Source of the DNA: an uncultured virus (IMG/VR IMGVR_UViG_3300029258_001891)
Lineage: Duplodnaviria; Heunggongvirae; Uroviricota; Caudoviricetes
Strand: one strand, 5' to 3'
Length of the DNA stretch: 64,000 bases
Virus record (IMG/VR): IMGVR_UViG_3300029258_001891
Numbering within the stretch: position 1 is the stretch's first letter; each line of letters opens with the position of its first letter. The translations under genes were made by a program, and so were the position numbers. A model generated the notes under the pieces. The model saw only the letters and a program-made list of their open reading frames with translations. It made no database searches and was not told the DNA's origin. Shown here piece by piece: positions 44,401 through 53,233 of the stretch.

Positions 44401-44439
44401 GCGACGGCACAGGAAATCCTCAACAGCGCAACTTTGTAG
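38470..44439 (+). CDS. tape measure protein (TP901-like core)
   Basis: 1989 aa, Ala-rich helical; FTEFETKLVRV...GTGLQRIL; central hydrophobic segments. Confidence 0.92.
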   Translation: MAETILIRLQLDTRSIQVVEERLKKFKTRVEARLNLKIKINQAALTATLKAAEKKLDAFRKRAQDRLVIKARIQVDSAALAGLQTALASINNFTRKIAASTTAASKGFTQFSTVVNQANKAIRDLNRARIAGGAGGAFAETTKSAGLLNRALGITRQSFFGFVAAAAIGQRVLRSVVETFTEFETKLVRVGRLVGKSGDQLRDLGEELTNVASSLGIATNEVLDLAEAAARLGVAQDNLVQFVKQAQKVAIALQLTGQEAAEAFKSFTLLFKIDIANITKIGDAFNAVADASAVSAASLVRFVQFLGPVANQFNILGTEGIGAMTALGAVLAELGVSAQVTGTGLQRILAQITDRSREAARVAGVSFEEFSKLLKTDMLGALDLVLKGFNALDAQGKITAQTLLGLNNIRVGRVLNLLAANTERVAQKQLIANQAFRDGVSVEAEVQRQLATLQSQFQQTANEIGRVIRDAFEPFGKIVKDVLFQVREWIKENPEFAKQIATLAIEFGALVAVLGTVATAAFIFIEVFGSALGVITAFVGSVGRLLLWLARLVPAFGAASRAILFFSVASTRAAKIAIANLIAAITGAGVGGVSLIGALGKVRIAFLAASKAALIFLASAAKIIAVVGILVAGLVAIIDLASELAYALGLIQKPTEFLNTGWKKLGETFGFVEKQTEKTRNRLREIREEAKKSAEETGALTNAVNVLNQEFKTIADATERVSTGLKDFTEVSRESINNLLTQFSRTDVKLQELIDQEGLTEGIARTLRQGAVGVRQAFDQFIQEALTSREGKVGEEEAIARVQRVVDRINFIVGKDAPQFKIEVDKANFDRVRGQVNEFIKALAFEAVSDDSEKASKALAKFLQVFGAIDAATFGAEALKQFDKDLQSLRETFHITSEQALIFATKLQASRIPLAQVAGGLNPFMFQLERLFGSGQRGIEVFDEFINTLTKFRSSIVSIPDIDFVSDLKLDTANESLRTFVNLTAEQQTKLVEIVEQQKVRAKLQKGIADNAKEIARQEEKGLTALRKRLNFQKEILRFIQRNLELQGKDKSPELLKDEENTKTIILQLEEKIAKETKKTQDNDKERVRINRLLERINRRNESLLARQAETAKDMAAQIEAIHKREMAIVDTLRKQGATAQDIAKARVKATQNALLAETTFLTKQLEVFRREQQKAVRDLDKLQKSGEAFLRRQLRLLDPNKQINALEDLFDEFQKEALKGGFVGLERVALTRFQKRFQQVAAEQKKEDQTQLQDLFKKRIEVQERLQELGFEDEKARLDSLNQNRERQLLREKGLRGQALELELQKRMFEIEQEDRVRNRNFESATKELEETETKITDIQNRTFNNQGKVQALYKSASAELQKAFAIGDARVKEMERRAKNASNGIITASRELADAARKLEEAAKLAFFRRIFKEEFDQQKATNEARLDAANATIKTFTSLQQLLDVEFREKLSEFARTFEDFGTEFLTSGKKLVAINASLGETEQLIRQLKLKETSGEILTETEREALLNAEARQKSLKRDRKRLEETEKQNRETLRAFREKQGALAVEFAERLKEAFPEREDLQKAFAEGFDKILTSVERAGPTQEAFGFVSELTDKAIRDLINDINFRRTEIEKSTQKLSDKMDTFLEALPKTIEKTFEAFKKGNEKLNEAADKAEDIAKRALSKPEVVKPVEEAAKAPAEREKKAAKVSKEDTFEFTQFALDLVKAQAEVYDVDLTDEGAVAAARERLIQATAALNDFWSKQSSANKELFDRMFTLIENAGKAAFDAAEFPLDKAFAFRHAAITQMNELFRQFQETDSRLRHTVVSLAEKQQKEKEIEREIQEVMKEEIGAEGARGVEGATEAAEAAPIAEPAVEATDRVKTATETFTAKVQEGFTAVAGKLNEVQAVFDKAIVPFTEMLKGINLETLSEATTTLNDSVADANASLTGLLDVQSENIEAINGLAENVADFALQSAEKTREHTNYIAEKKENVATAQEILNSATL

Positions 44440-44449
44440 GAGAAAAGTA

Positions 44450-44980
44450 ATGCCCGTGATTGAGCCAATGGTCCTGGAAATAGGCTGCGAGATCGCCTCT
44501 CGATTCACCTTCGAGAGGACACAAGGACCGAGCCAAGGATTGAAAGACATAGGAGTATACTATACTCTTGTGTCCGATCAAACGACGCCAGCCGCCAGTG
44601 GAACACTTGGTTTGGGGATTGGCGGCTTTTTGAATCCCAATCCTACTCGTGACTTCGGATTGAACTGGCAGGGATTGGCTCGTTCGACTCCAGCACCGTT
44701 GTTGCTGGGAACCACAAGCAAGTATGCGCTTGTTCTCGACAAACTGTACTATCATGGGCGGAACATTCAGGAAGTGGAAGACTTCATCCGTGCCGCTCCG
44801 AACGCCATCGGGCCGTATGCTGGAATTTTGCGTGTCTATGAGGACGACTACACCACAGTCTATCGAAGATATGTGAACAGTTACTATCGGAAGATGAGTC
44901 ACGCTTACGATGGGTCGAAGAACTTCGTGGAGTACAGCTTGCTTTTCGAGACTTCGGAAGAACCTTTGGTGGGACCATAA
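44450..44980 (+). CDS. putative distal tail protein
   Basis: Immediately after the tape measure; SD AGGAG. Confidence 0.65.
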   Translation: MPVIEPMVLEIGCEIASRFTFERTQGPSQGLKDIGVYYTLVSDQTTPAASGTLGLGIGGFLNPNPTRDFGLNWQGLARSTPAPLLLGTTSKYALVLDKLYYHGRNIQEVEDFIRAAPNAIGPYAGILRVYEDDYTTVYRRYVNSYYRKMSHAYDGSKNFVEYSLLFETSEEPLVGP

Positions 44981-44981
44981 G

Positions 44982-46778
44982 ATGCCTGAAGTCACAACCC
45001 TTACGGGATTTAGAGAGGATCAACTTGAGATGCAGTTTGAAAGCGCATGGCGTTTGTCGTTCACTCTTGTTGAGAAGAGATCGGATGACACTCCTCTTGA
45101 CATGGATTTGGTCTGGACGTACACGATCAACGGAACCGTTCGGCTGAAAGGTCGGCTGCGTACATTGGAAGAACAGATTTCTCCTAACGAAGACTTCCAG
45201 CGTTACGAATTGACGGACGGATTCGATGACGTTTCCAGGGAACCTTTTCTTCGTGACCGTGAGTACCCCGATTCTTCATCGGAAACGACGGCACGCTTTG
45301 CTTTCAATGACGAACGCTACACCGGAGAAGAAAATCTTGAAGACGCATTGAATGCAATCGTGAACGCGAGCAGCATCCTTACAGGAACGACGTTCGTTGA
45401 TCCCGTTCCTAGTTCCGTGCTGATCGAAAAGAACATTCAAGTCGAGGGGCGCAGCATCGGAGAGATGCTGACGCAAATCCTCAAGTTTGGTCCTGCTTGG
45501 CGCTGGTACTACGACTCGTTGAATGACAAGGCGAAGTTCATCGATTTGACTGTCGTCAAACAGAAAGAGATTCGCCTTAGCAAGTTGGTCGGCCAATGGC
45601 ATCTTCGGACGCCAAAATGGGACAACCTCGTCAAGTTGAATCTTCGGATCGACAAGTCAGACTGCTACGAGAAGATTCGGCTTGAAGGTCTTGGCCGATT
45701 CCGCTACAGGCCGGATGTCCAACTCTTGCCGGGATGGTTTAGTCAGTGCATAGAAGCAGAACACAAACCGGCGTGCTTCAATCTTGTTGAGCCTTATTTC
45801 CCGGAAGAGATTTCGGGATGTCCGCCGTTCGCTTGTCGCTATCTCTTTCCGAACGACATAAGACCTGCCGCGTTCTCTTTCAAGGAAGAGGACGGGAAGT
45901 TTTCCGTTGTGGGAGACAATCAGATTGTCGTCATGGCGAACATCCCAAAGAGAAATCTCGGACGTTGCAAAGAGGCTGAAGACTATCCGGGGGGCGAGAT
46001 TCCAGAAGGCGTCGATCCTCATTGCGAAAAGCAAGAGACGCCTTGGGAATGGGCTGACTTCGAACTTGTAGAGGTTGCTACGATCACACCACCAGCAGAC
46101 AAGAATTCTTGTGGTGAGTACGTAGTTTCCTTCTGTCCCAAGCGCCTCATGTCCATGCTTCCTTTTTGGTCGCCTGAAGGTAGCGAACATGTTGACGAGT
46201 ATCCCACCGATCCGAAAATCTTGGTGTGGGATTTGTTCGCGAACCTTTGGGAAGACCTTGGCGAACTTGTTGTGGTGAAGACCGGAGGATGTCCGAACGG
46301 AAGAGTCTATCAGCGATACAACATCGATTGGGTGAAGATTCTCGATCAGAGCGGAGGCGTAGTCAGAGACGATGAGGCTTTCCTGATAGACTTCGCCGAT
46401 CAACTCATGGAACAGATCGGGCGTCCTAAAGTGTCCGGCGAAATTCAAATTCATCTCCATCCCCGGCATACGGGAACGGGAGACGAAAGCTACACCAGAC
46501 CCGACATCATACCCTATATCGACTATCTCGGAATCGAACTTGGCGATTCGATCAATGTCATGTACGATCCTACCGAGACTTTCGGAGTCGATCCTTACCC
46601 AGATGGTAAAGGGGTGGTTCCCGATGCTGGACCGGCAGGCACAGACTTGACGTGGGAAACGATGGACCTTCGTGTAATGGGGATGTCGTTCAACAGGGCG
46701 AAGCAATCGCTCGTCCTAAGAGTCGCCAACAGTCCGTTCATCTTTGGCGACAGGCCGCTTACCAACTTACAACGGTGA
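44982..46778 (+). CDS. putative tail hub/tip protein
   Basis: Position; DCYEKIRLEG, PKVSGEIQI, IELGDSINV motifs. Confidence 0.65.
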   Translation: MPEVTTLTGFREDQLEMQFESAWRLSFTLVEKRSDDTPLDMDLVWTYTINGTVRLKGRLRTLEEQISPNEDFQRYELTDGFDDVSREPFLRDREYPDSSSETTARFAFNDERYTGEENLEDALNAIVNASSILTGTTFVDPVPSSVLIEKNIQVEGRSIGEMLTQILKFGPAWRWYYDSLNDKAKFIDLTVVKQKEIRLSKLVGQWHLRTPKWDNLVKLNLRIDKSDCYEKIRLEGLGRFRYRPDVQLLPGWFSQCIEAEHKPACFNLVEPYFPEEISGCPPFACRYLFPNDIRPAAFSFKEEDGKFSVVGDNQIVVMANIPKRNLGRCKEAEDYPGGEIPEGVDPHCEKQETPWEWADFELVEVATITPPADKNSCGEYVVSFCPKRLMSMLPFWSPEGSEHVDEYPTDPKILVWDLFANLWEDLGELVVVKTGGCPNGRVYQRYNIDWVKILDQSGGVVRDDEAFLIDFADQLMEQIGRPKVSGEIQIHLHPRHTGTGDESYTRPDIIPYIDYLGIELGDSINVMYDPTETFGVDPYPDGKGVVPDAGPAGTDLTWETMDLRVMGMSFNRAKQSLVLRVANSPFIFGDRPLTNLQR

Positions 46779-46782
46779 AACA

Positions 46783-47901
46783 ATGGCTTGGGAAACCGAA
46801 GTAGCAAAAAGACTTCTCTTCCTCCAGAAAGAACTGGTGGAAAAGGATGCTCGTATTGGATGGCTCGAAAACGAGTTCAGAAAAGTCCAGGCTCAACTCA
46901 ATGCTCTTTCGTCTTCAGTGAGCGGAGTCACGGACGAAGAAGTAGAAGACGCGGAAGAGCCTTCTGAACCGGGCAAAGATGGTGTCGGAGGGTTAGGTAA
47001 TCAGATCAAACCTGTCACGTGCGAAAACGATCCTGGAATGGCAAAGGCGAAAGCCCCGTTCAATCATCAACATCAAGGCGTTGGCTCTATCAAGATGTTC
47101 GAGCCTTGCGATGGTGCCGGGGGAAACGACAGGCACGTTGGAGACGTACAACTCAAAACCATAAATACAACACAACTTCTCAGACAGAATGACGGCTTTC
47201 GTGTAAACGACCGACAAGGGAACGCTGTAAACGCCGTAAATTGGAATCCGACGAGATGCGATCCCACTTTGACTATTCTTCATCCTTGGAACGCTTTCGC
47301 GGCAGGCATAGCTCCGGGGGGATGTGTAAACGTAGGATGTCCACAGGCAGACAAAGGAAACGCAATGCCTGGAGGGATCGATTGCGATAATCTCATCTTT
47401 CCCAAAGTCATTGAAATCGATTGTAGCGGGCACGTGAAAGGCGTTGAAACTTATCGGCTGTTGCTTCCTTCGACAGAAGAGAACTACGAAGGAACTCTTG
47501 ACTGTTGCGAAGAACTTCATGTAGTTACCGGAATGACTTTTTCTTGTACACCGTCTCCAACTTCAACGCAGTGGAAATTGACGTACAATACGAAAGAGAT
47601 CGTGATTCCTGAAGACGACTGGACTCCTACATCTCCTCCAGGTTCTTGTTCCGGGAGTGAAACAGAAGTTGTCACGGGAATAACTGTGGCGTCCAAAGGC
47701 GACTGTCAGTGTGGAAAAACGATCACAGTTACCTACGGCTGCATCGAAGAGGGCGGCGGGCTTACGCACACGTCTGTTCAGGTTCTACATGACATCTGTT
47801 TTGATACAAGTACGTGTGTGTTGAAAAAGAGATTCATCACGATTGAAGTGGTGAACCCAGGAACTCCGGGAAGCTACACTGACGTTGGCAACTGTCCGTA
47901 G
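46783..47901 (+). CDS. Cys-rich tail tip/spike protein
   Basis: N-terminal coiled coil; about 17 Cys; repeated VVTGxT motifs. Confidence 0.65.
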   Translation: MAWETEVAKRLLFLQKELVEKDARIGWLENEFRKVQAQLNALSSSVSGVTDEEVEDAEEPSEPGKDGVGGLGNQIKPVTCENDPGMAKAKAPFNHQHQGVGSIKMFEPCDGAGGNDRHVGDVQLKTINTTQLLRQNDGFRVNDRQGNAVNAVNWNPTRCDPTLTILHPWNAFAAGIAPGGCVNVGCPQADKGNAMPGGIDCDNLIFPKVIEIDCSGHVKGVETYRLLLPSTEENYEGTLDCCEELHVVTGMTFSCTPSPTSTQWKLTYNTKEIVIPEDDWTPTSPPGSCSGSETEVVTGITVASKGDCQCGKTITVTYGCIEEGGGLTHTSVQVLHDICFDTSTCVLKKRFITIEVVNPGTPGSYTDVGNCP

Positions 47902-47910
47902 AGGATCACG

Positions 47911-48951
47911 ATGGCTGTTCCGGCAATGTCTCCACATCCTGATTGTTGTTGTGACAATTCCGACATTGCCATCGGATGCGCACAGGATTCCCTTGACTTG
48001 GGAAGCATCGGAACAATAACTGTTGGCCCTTCGGATTGTGCAACACCACCGCCGTTGAAACTCTACGCTACCGGATGGACAAACAAGACAATCTGTTTCA
48101 TCCGTCCTTACGGCCAGTGTATAGCTATAGACGGATTCACACTTACTTACACAGTGGACGTGTTCAATAACACTACCTGTGCCATCGCTGTGAGAGGAGC
48201 GGTTACAATCAACAGTTACAGAGAAGGATGTCTTCTCTGTCCCTCTTCAACCGAGTTCATCGAATCGCTTGCTTCCCGTTGTTGGATCAACGCCGGGGAA
48301 ACAAAGACGATTTCCGTTACGTTGAAAAACACGGCAGACGAACTTTGCTCTTGCTGTGAACTGAATGTAGATGTGGGAATCGAGTTGAACCTTTGCTGCA
48401 CGGGAGATGTGCCTGTGCCTTGCGCTCCAGGAGCACACACGTTTCTCATGCCTGTTTGGTCACAAGCCGCCCCAGGGTGGAGCGCGAACTGCTTTGTTCC
48501 AGCATATGTGCCTGTCAGCGGCGTTTCCATGAATGTCTGCACGGGCCGAAGGCCGGGCGGTCCTCCAGACGCTACACATCTTCTCAGGATTTCCAGTGTC
48601 AACAACACTGTTCCATCGAGATGTATAATGACGCTGATCCGTTTTACAAACATCTTCGGCGTGTGCCCTACAAAACTGTGCACAACTTTGGTTTCAGGCG
48701 GATGTACTCCGTGTGGAAACTTGATCGGTGGAGGACCGGGAGGGGCAAAGTATTTTCAGTGTCTTTGTCAGCCTTTTGGGAACATCGTGACAACGGACAT
48801 CGCATTTTGGGTTGATGACTTCAACTGTCTTCCTTGTTGCGGGAGCTACGGATTCACTGTGGAAATGGCAGCGTGTTGTGTTGACTTCGCGAATCCAGGC
48901 TTCTGCGCGGCTCAGTTGCCGCCCTGCATTACGTGCAACACTTGTCCGTAG
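47911..48951 (+). CDS. very Cys-rich tail-associated protein
   Basis: About 35 Cys in 346 aa; starts PDCCCD, ends CITCNTCP. Confidence 0.7.
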   Translation: MAVPAMSPHPDCCCDNSDIAIGCAQDSLDLGSIGTITVGPSDCATPPPLKLYATGWTNKTICFIRPYGQCIAIDGFTLTYTVDVFNNTTCAIAVRGAVTINSYREGCLLCPSSTEFIESLASRCWINAGETKTISVTLKNTADELCSCCELNVDVGIELNLCCTGDVPVPCAPGAHTFLMPVWSQAAPGWSANCFVPAYVPVSGVSMNVCTGRRPGGPPDATHLLRISSVNNTVPSRCIMTLIRFTNIFGVCPTKLCTTLVSGGCTPCGNLIGGGPGGAKYFQCLCQPFGNIVTTDIAFWVDDFNCLPCCGSYGFTVEMAACCVDFANPGFCAAQLPPCITCNTCP

Positions 48952-48960
48952 GAGAAGACG

Positions 48961-49380
48961 ATGCCGGAAGAGTATGTGGGTGACAGCGGGGCAACGGAAG
49001 ACGCTCCCCGAGAAGAAGAAACCGCCGAGACTCGGCATCAAAGGATTGTCGATCAAATGGCTTCCGAAGGGCATGACTATACGGCCATCGAGAAAGCTAA
49101 AGACATGGTGAAGGCAGCGTATCAGCTTTCTAAGGCTGTGGTCGGTCCGAAGGTCGAAAGAGAGGAGTTTAACGAAAGACAGGCTATTTGTGAAGCGTGT
49201 ACGGCATTGAATCCTGAAGGAAAGAGACTCTTCAGGATGGCTTGGCAAGGCGCTCCCGTGTGCGGACAACCGAAGTACCTGGACACGGAACCTAGAAACG
49301 AAACCGAAGAAGGATGCGGATGTTTTTTGACTGTGAAGTGGAAAGCGAAGAACGAACACTGCCCGTTGGGAAAGTGGTGA
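48961..49380 (+). CDS. CxxC...CGC...CPxxKW protein (DUF6171-like)
   Basis: ERQAICEAC...VCG...GCGCFLTVK...EHCPLGKW. Confidence 0.75.
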   Translation: MPEEYVGDSGATEDAPREEETAETRHQRIVDQMASEGHDYTAIEKAKDMVKAAYQLSKAVVGPKVEREEFNERQAICEACTALNPEGKRLFRMAWQGAPVCGQPKYLDTEPRNETEEGCGCFLTVKWKAKNEHCPLGKW

Positions 49381-49390
49381 GGATACTGCC

Positions 49391-49849
49391 ATGGACACGA
49401 TCACGATGACTTCACCGGATGAAACGCCCATAGAAGTTCCTGTGAGCGTGATAAACGTTCATGCTGTGAACTTCAAGAACTGTCCTGCAAAGACAGCCAT
49501 CATGCAGGGAGATGGAAGCGTTTATCTCGTTCTTGAGAACTTGGACGTTGTGAGAGAGGCGTTCAAGCAGCACATCTACAAAGAACCGCCGTTGCCGCAA
49601 AGGATTCAGGAAACGGCGGCAATGTACAATCTTGTTCTCATCCAAACGGAAGGTTGGTTTGCGAAGTTCTGTTTCGGGAACAACAGGGATCACACGATCA
49701 CCATTGACTTGAAAGGAAAAAGCATAGAAGACGAGATCGCCAAGGCGCACATGAACTTGACTGTCATGTACCGGGACGCGGGCAAGAAACCCCCGTCCAT
49801 TGCCATCAACACGAACGTAAGGAGCGGATGCTGTGGCGGACATGGTTGA
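49391..49849 (+). CDS. hypothetical protein
   Basis: SD GAGG; C-terminal SGCCGG. Confidence 0.7.
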   Translation: MDTITMTSPDETPIEVPVSVINVHAVNFKNCPAKTAIMQGDGSVYLVLENLDVVREAFKQHIYKEPPLPQRIQETAAMYNLVLIQTEGWFAKFCFGNNRDHTITIDLKGKSIEDEIAKAHMNLTVMYRDAGKKPPSIAINTNVRSGCCGGHG

Positions 49850-50231
49850 TCCAAACAAGGCTCGCTATGCGTTCTACATGAAAGCAAACATGTCGGACGA
49901 GTTGAAATTGATGGCGAGCGGGGTGCGGCAGTTCGTCTTTTTGGCGTATGACGAGAAAGCGAAAGTGTTTCGGCTGGCGTCGAATGTGGCCGAGAAAGAC
50001 CTGGAACCCTTCATCAAAGCCTTGAGGGATTCCAAGGGAGAGAAGCGAGGGGAAAGAGCGGAAGAAATTGAGTTTGACAGTCCTGAAGAAGCGGCTAAGA
50101 TGATTGCCGCTTTGGAACGTTCAGGGATCAAAGTAACGAGGGAAGAGGAGGTAGAAACTGATGAGCGTGGAAGCACAAAACGTGCTGACAAGAGCGAAGT
50201 CAGTAGCGAAGTATCTTCGCTCGGCGAATAA
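49842..50231 (+). CDS. hypothetical protein
   Basis: Overlaps neighbours; protein-like composition. Confidence 0.6.
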   Translation: MVDPNKARYAFYMKANMSDELKLMASGVRQFVFLAYDEKAKVFRLASNVAEKDLEPFIKALRDSKGEKRGERAEEIEFDSPEEAAKMIAALERSGIKVTREEEVETDERGSTKRADKSEVSSEVSSLGE

Positions 50232-50460
50232 CTTGGTGAGCGACGTTCGGGAAGCCTATGTTTCAACAGGCGTACAGGCTGAAGTCGCCGCGCTTGCTAC
50301 GCCCACAACGCCTGTTCCCGATGTGTCTCCCGAGATCACGAAAGAAAAGTATCAAGAGTTCATGGAGGTTCTCGATGAATTCGAGAACTTCTTCAGGAAT
50401 GCGGCTGTCGCGACTCAAGACAATCAGAGTCGTGTGAACAAAGTGTTCCAGGGAGGTTAA
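50161..50460 (+). CDS. hypothetical protein
   Basis: SD GGAGG; helical, 99 aa. Confidence 0.65.
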   Translation: MSVEAQNVLTRAKSVAKYLRSANNLVSDVREAYVSTGVQAEVAALATPTTPVPDVSPEITKEKYQEFMEVLDEFENFFRNAAVATQDNQSRVNKVFQGG

Positions 50461-50463
50461 ACG

Positions 50464-51483
50464 ATGGCGCACAATTCAGACATTGAACTTTTCCACAGCA
50501 AGTCCGCCGCTGCGGCGGATGACGAAGCCGGACACGATGGTTTGGGCGGCAGGATAAGTGCCGATCTTGTTTCCAGCCTCATCGCGCGTCCTATGCTCGT
50601 CCTGAGTGCCGTCACTATCACGAAGATAGGCGGAAAGAACCTCAGTGGCGTGGGAAAGTTTGTCTTCAAGAACTCAGGACAGACGCTTGCTTGGCAGGCA
50701 CCGAGAGACAAGACAGCCGGAACATCCGTGGCCGTGGGTGCCGGGGGGACTTTCGAACTCGAAAGCAGCACGGAAAACGCTTGGATCGAAGTCAGTGTCG
50801 TGGCTGTCGATCTTCCTATCGCAGACACGGAAGAAAACGCCGTCATCGATGCTGTCAAGAACGTTCTCTTTGACGACGTTTCTTTGGATGAAGCGATGAA
50901 GGGCACTCCGAACTACGCATGTCTTTTCCTGAAGAACACGGGGGCTGTGAGCTACAAGAATGTTGTTCCTGTCATCGAAGTTCCCGGTCTTCCAACAAGA
51001 GTTCGTTGTCAAGGATACTATCCTCAGAGCGGAGATGTGCAGATCGAGATCGACGACGCCAGGAACTTTCCTTCGAGCTACTACATCCGCAATACACGCA
51101 CACAGGAAATCATGTACTACAACAGCCGTGGAGGGACGGACGGGCGAACACTTGTTGTTTCTGCCGCTGCAAGAGGACAGCGGATGTCTTCTCCAGCCGA
51201 AGGAAACGAAGGCGATACCATCGAACTTGTTTCGCCAATTGACATGTCGATTGGAATGTATAATTCAACCACAGGGGAGCCGGTCATCGTTCAAGACAGT
51301 GTGGCTCCTTCAGGGATCAACTTCTTTGCGCCCCCCACGTCCGATCCGCCGCACTACCAGACAGCCTTCACTCTTGCGGCAGGAGAGGTTCTTTCCGTGT
51401 GGCTGAAGAGGAACGTTCCGAAGGGCGCTATCAACATCGCGGCCCTTCCGCTCCGTCTTGGCTTCAAGTACGATCCTGTCTGA
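50464..51483 (+). CDS. virion structural protein
   Basis: GLGGRIS...LFDDVSLDEA...YACLFLKN...LAAGEVLSVWLKRNVP. Confidence 0.7.
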   Translation: MAHNSDIELFHSKSAAAADDEAGHDGLGGRISADLVSSLIARPMLVLSAVTITKIGGKNLSGVGKFVFKNSGQTLAWQAPRDKTAGTSVAVGAGGTFELESSTENAWIEVSVVAVDLPIADTEENAVIDAVKNVLFDDVSLDEAMKGTPNYACLFLKNTGAVSYKNVVPVIEVPGLPTRVRCQGYYPQSGDVQIEIDDARNFPSSYYIRNTRTQEIMYYNSRGGTDGRTLVVSAAARGQRMSSPAEGNEGDTIELVSPIDMSIGMYNSTTGEPVIVQDSVAPSGINFFAPPTSDPPHYQTAFTLAAGEVLSVWLKRNVPKGAINIAALPLRLGFKYDPV

Positions 51484-51515
51484 TCCACGCTCGCGCTTCC
51501 CCTGGATTGTCCCCT

Positions 51516-51577
51516 TAACTCCTTGCTCCACAAGGAGTTATTTTTCTCTTGACACAACGTGTGGAACCCCCTAGCCT
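51516..51577 (+). promoter_or_regulatory. terminator followed by replication-operon promoter
   Basis: TAACTCCTTG/CAAGGAGTTA + TTTTT; TTGACA(51549)-17 bp-TAGCCT. Confidence 0.65.
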
Positions 51578-51671
51578 TTCCCCAAAACAGTTAGCTCGCA
51601 CAGCTTTCACAGCTTGCGATTTTCCGGGCCGTTTGGGCGTAGGAGTGCTTCAAGAGAAGGGAAATCCTCTC

Positions 51672-53219
51672 ATGGGAAGTCTACGCTTTGTCGTAGGAAG
51701 GAGAGTTGGTGTCTCAGGATTCAGAAGATCGGTAAGAGAAGGAATCAAGGACCATTTGACCATACCCAACCCTGTTTTCCAGAAAGCTGTGAAGTATTCC
51801 GGCATAAATCCGGCCTTTATTAAGAACGTCGAGAAGTACATAGAGATGTATGATGAGAAGGGTAAGACGATCTACGTTCCACGTGGATACGTCTTCGAAA
51901 GCGGCGTTATAGGTAAGGACGCATACGATGCTTTAGGCCGAGCAGAAGTCATAGACAAGAGAATCTTCTGTGACATCGAAGAACCGTATCCCGATCTTCA
52001 AGTTTCTCCTCGTAAGGAACAACAAGTCTCTCTCGATCAATTCCGAAAAGACATCCTGGCCGAAGACAGGCAACGTCCGTTGGGCACTTACCTCAATGTG
52101 ATGGAGGTTGCTGCAGGAAAAACTATCGGCGTGATCCTCATGGCCATGCAACTGGAACAGAAGACGCTCATCTTCACTCACACGAGCGTAGTGATGAACG
52201 CATGGATTCACGATCTTATGAAGGCGTTCGGCGAAGAGTACAAAGAAAAGATCGGGATCATTCGAGGACCGAAAGCTACGTTAGGCCCGCATTTCACCGT
52301 CGCCATGGCGCAGACGTGGTTCAAACGCCAAGAGCATTGGAAGACATGGGAAAAGAACTTCGGATGTGTTGTGTTCGATGAGTGCCATGTCTGTCCCGCG
52401 AGAACTTTCCTCGAATGCGTCAACCAAAGTCCTGCCGCGTATCGGATCGGAATCACCGGAACACCTAAGAGGAAAGACGGGATGCACAAAGTCATGTACC
52501 GAGTATTCGGTACAGCATTCTATAGCATGGAAGGAACGTTTGGAAAAGAAACCGAGAACTCGTTGCCTATCGCCGATGCTGAATTGTTGAAGTTGGAAAC
52601 ACGGCTGCCGAAAAAGATAACCCGCATCGTGAAAGCAAAGATCGATGGACGATTCGTGAAGAAGAAGATCAGGGTTCCTCCTGACGGCGAACGCGACTAC
52701 AAAGTTGTCCTGGATGTTGTCACCGAGAGCGAGGAGAGAACGGAGATCATCGCACAGAGAGTGTACGAGGAATTGAAAGCGGACAAGAGCAATTCCGTTC
52801 TTGTGGTCACACACCGAGTGGCACACGCCAAGGCTCTACGCAAAGCCATTAAAAGAGTCTACAAGAAAGGCGTCGCAATCATGCTCGGCGGCAGTCGAAA
52901 GAAAGTCGAGAAGTACGAAAACATGCTTCGGGAAAGGAAACTCCGCTGTGTTGTCGCGACGATGCAGCTAATCAAGTCGGGCGCTTCAATTCCCCCGCTG
53001 AATCGGCTTTTCATCACAACTACGGTTGGGGGAGAGCAAGACTTGGAGCAAGTTGTGGGCAGGATCAGGCGGAAAGCGGAAAAGAAGAAGGATGCGAAGA
53101 TAATCCATTGTGTCGATTGGGAGATTCCGATGTGTCGTCGGCATTTCATCAAGCGTGCAGTTCCGTTGTATCGAGACAAGTTGAACATTCCTCGATACCG
53201 GGATATGTACATCGCATGA
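51672..53219 (+). CDS. superfamily 2 (DEAD/DEAH-like) helicase
   Basis: VAAGKT, VFDECH, GITGTPKRKDG, EQVVGRIRR. Confidence 0.9.
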   Translation: MGSLRFVVGRRVGVSGFRRSVREGIKDHLTIPNPVFQKAVKYSGINPAFIKNVEKYIEMYDEKGKTIYVPRGYVFESGVIGKDAYDALGRAEVIDKRIFCDIEEPYPDLQVSPRKEQQVSLDQFRKDILAEDRQRPLGTYLNVMEVAAGKTIGVILMAMQLEQKTLIFTHTSVVMNAWIHDLMKAFGEEYKEKIGIIRGPKATLGPHFTVAMAQTWFKRQEHWKTWEKNFGCVVFDECHVCPARTFLECVNQSPAAYRIGITGTPKRKDGMHKVMYRVFGTAFYSMEGTFGKETENSLPIADAELLKLETRLPKKITRIVKAKIDGRFVKKKIRVPPDGERDYKVVLDVVTESEERTEIIAQRVYEELKADKSNSVLVVTHRVAHAKALRKAIKRVYKKGVAIMLGGSRKKVEKYENMLRERKLRCVVATMQLIKSGASIPPLNRLFITTTVGGEQDLEQVVGRIRRKAEKKKDAKIIHCVDWEIPMCRRHFIKRAVPLYRDKLNIPRYRDMYIA

Positions 53220-53233
53220 GAAAGGAGAGGCGA

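Noticed and set aside
36574..51483. Contractile (myovirus) tail
   Set aside because: No sheath or baseplate wedge genes recognised; the layout fits a long non-contractile tail.
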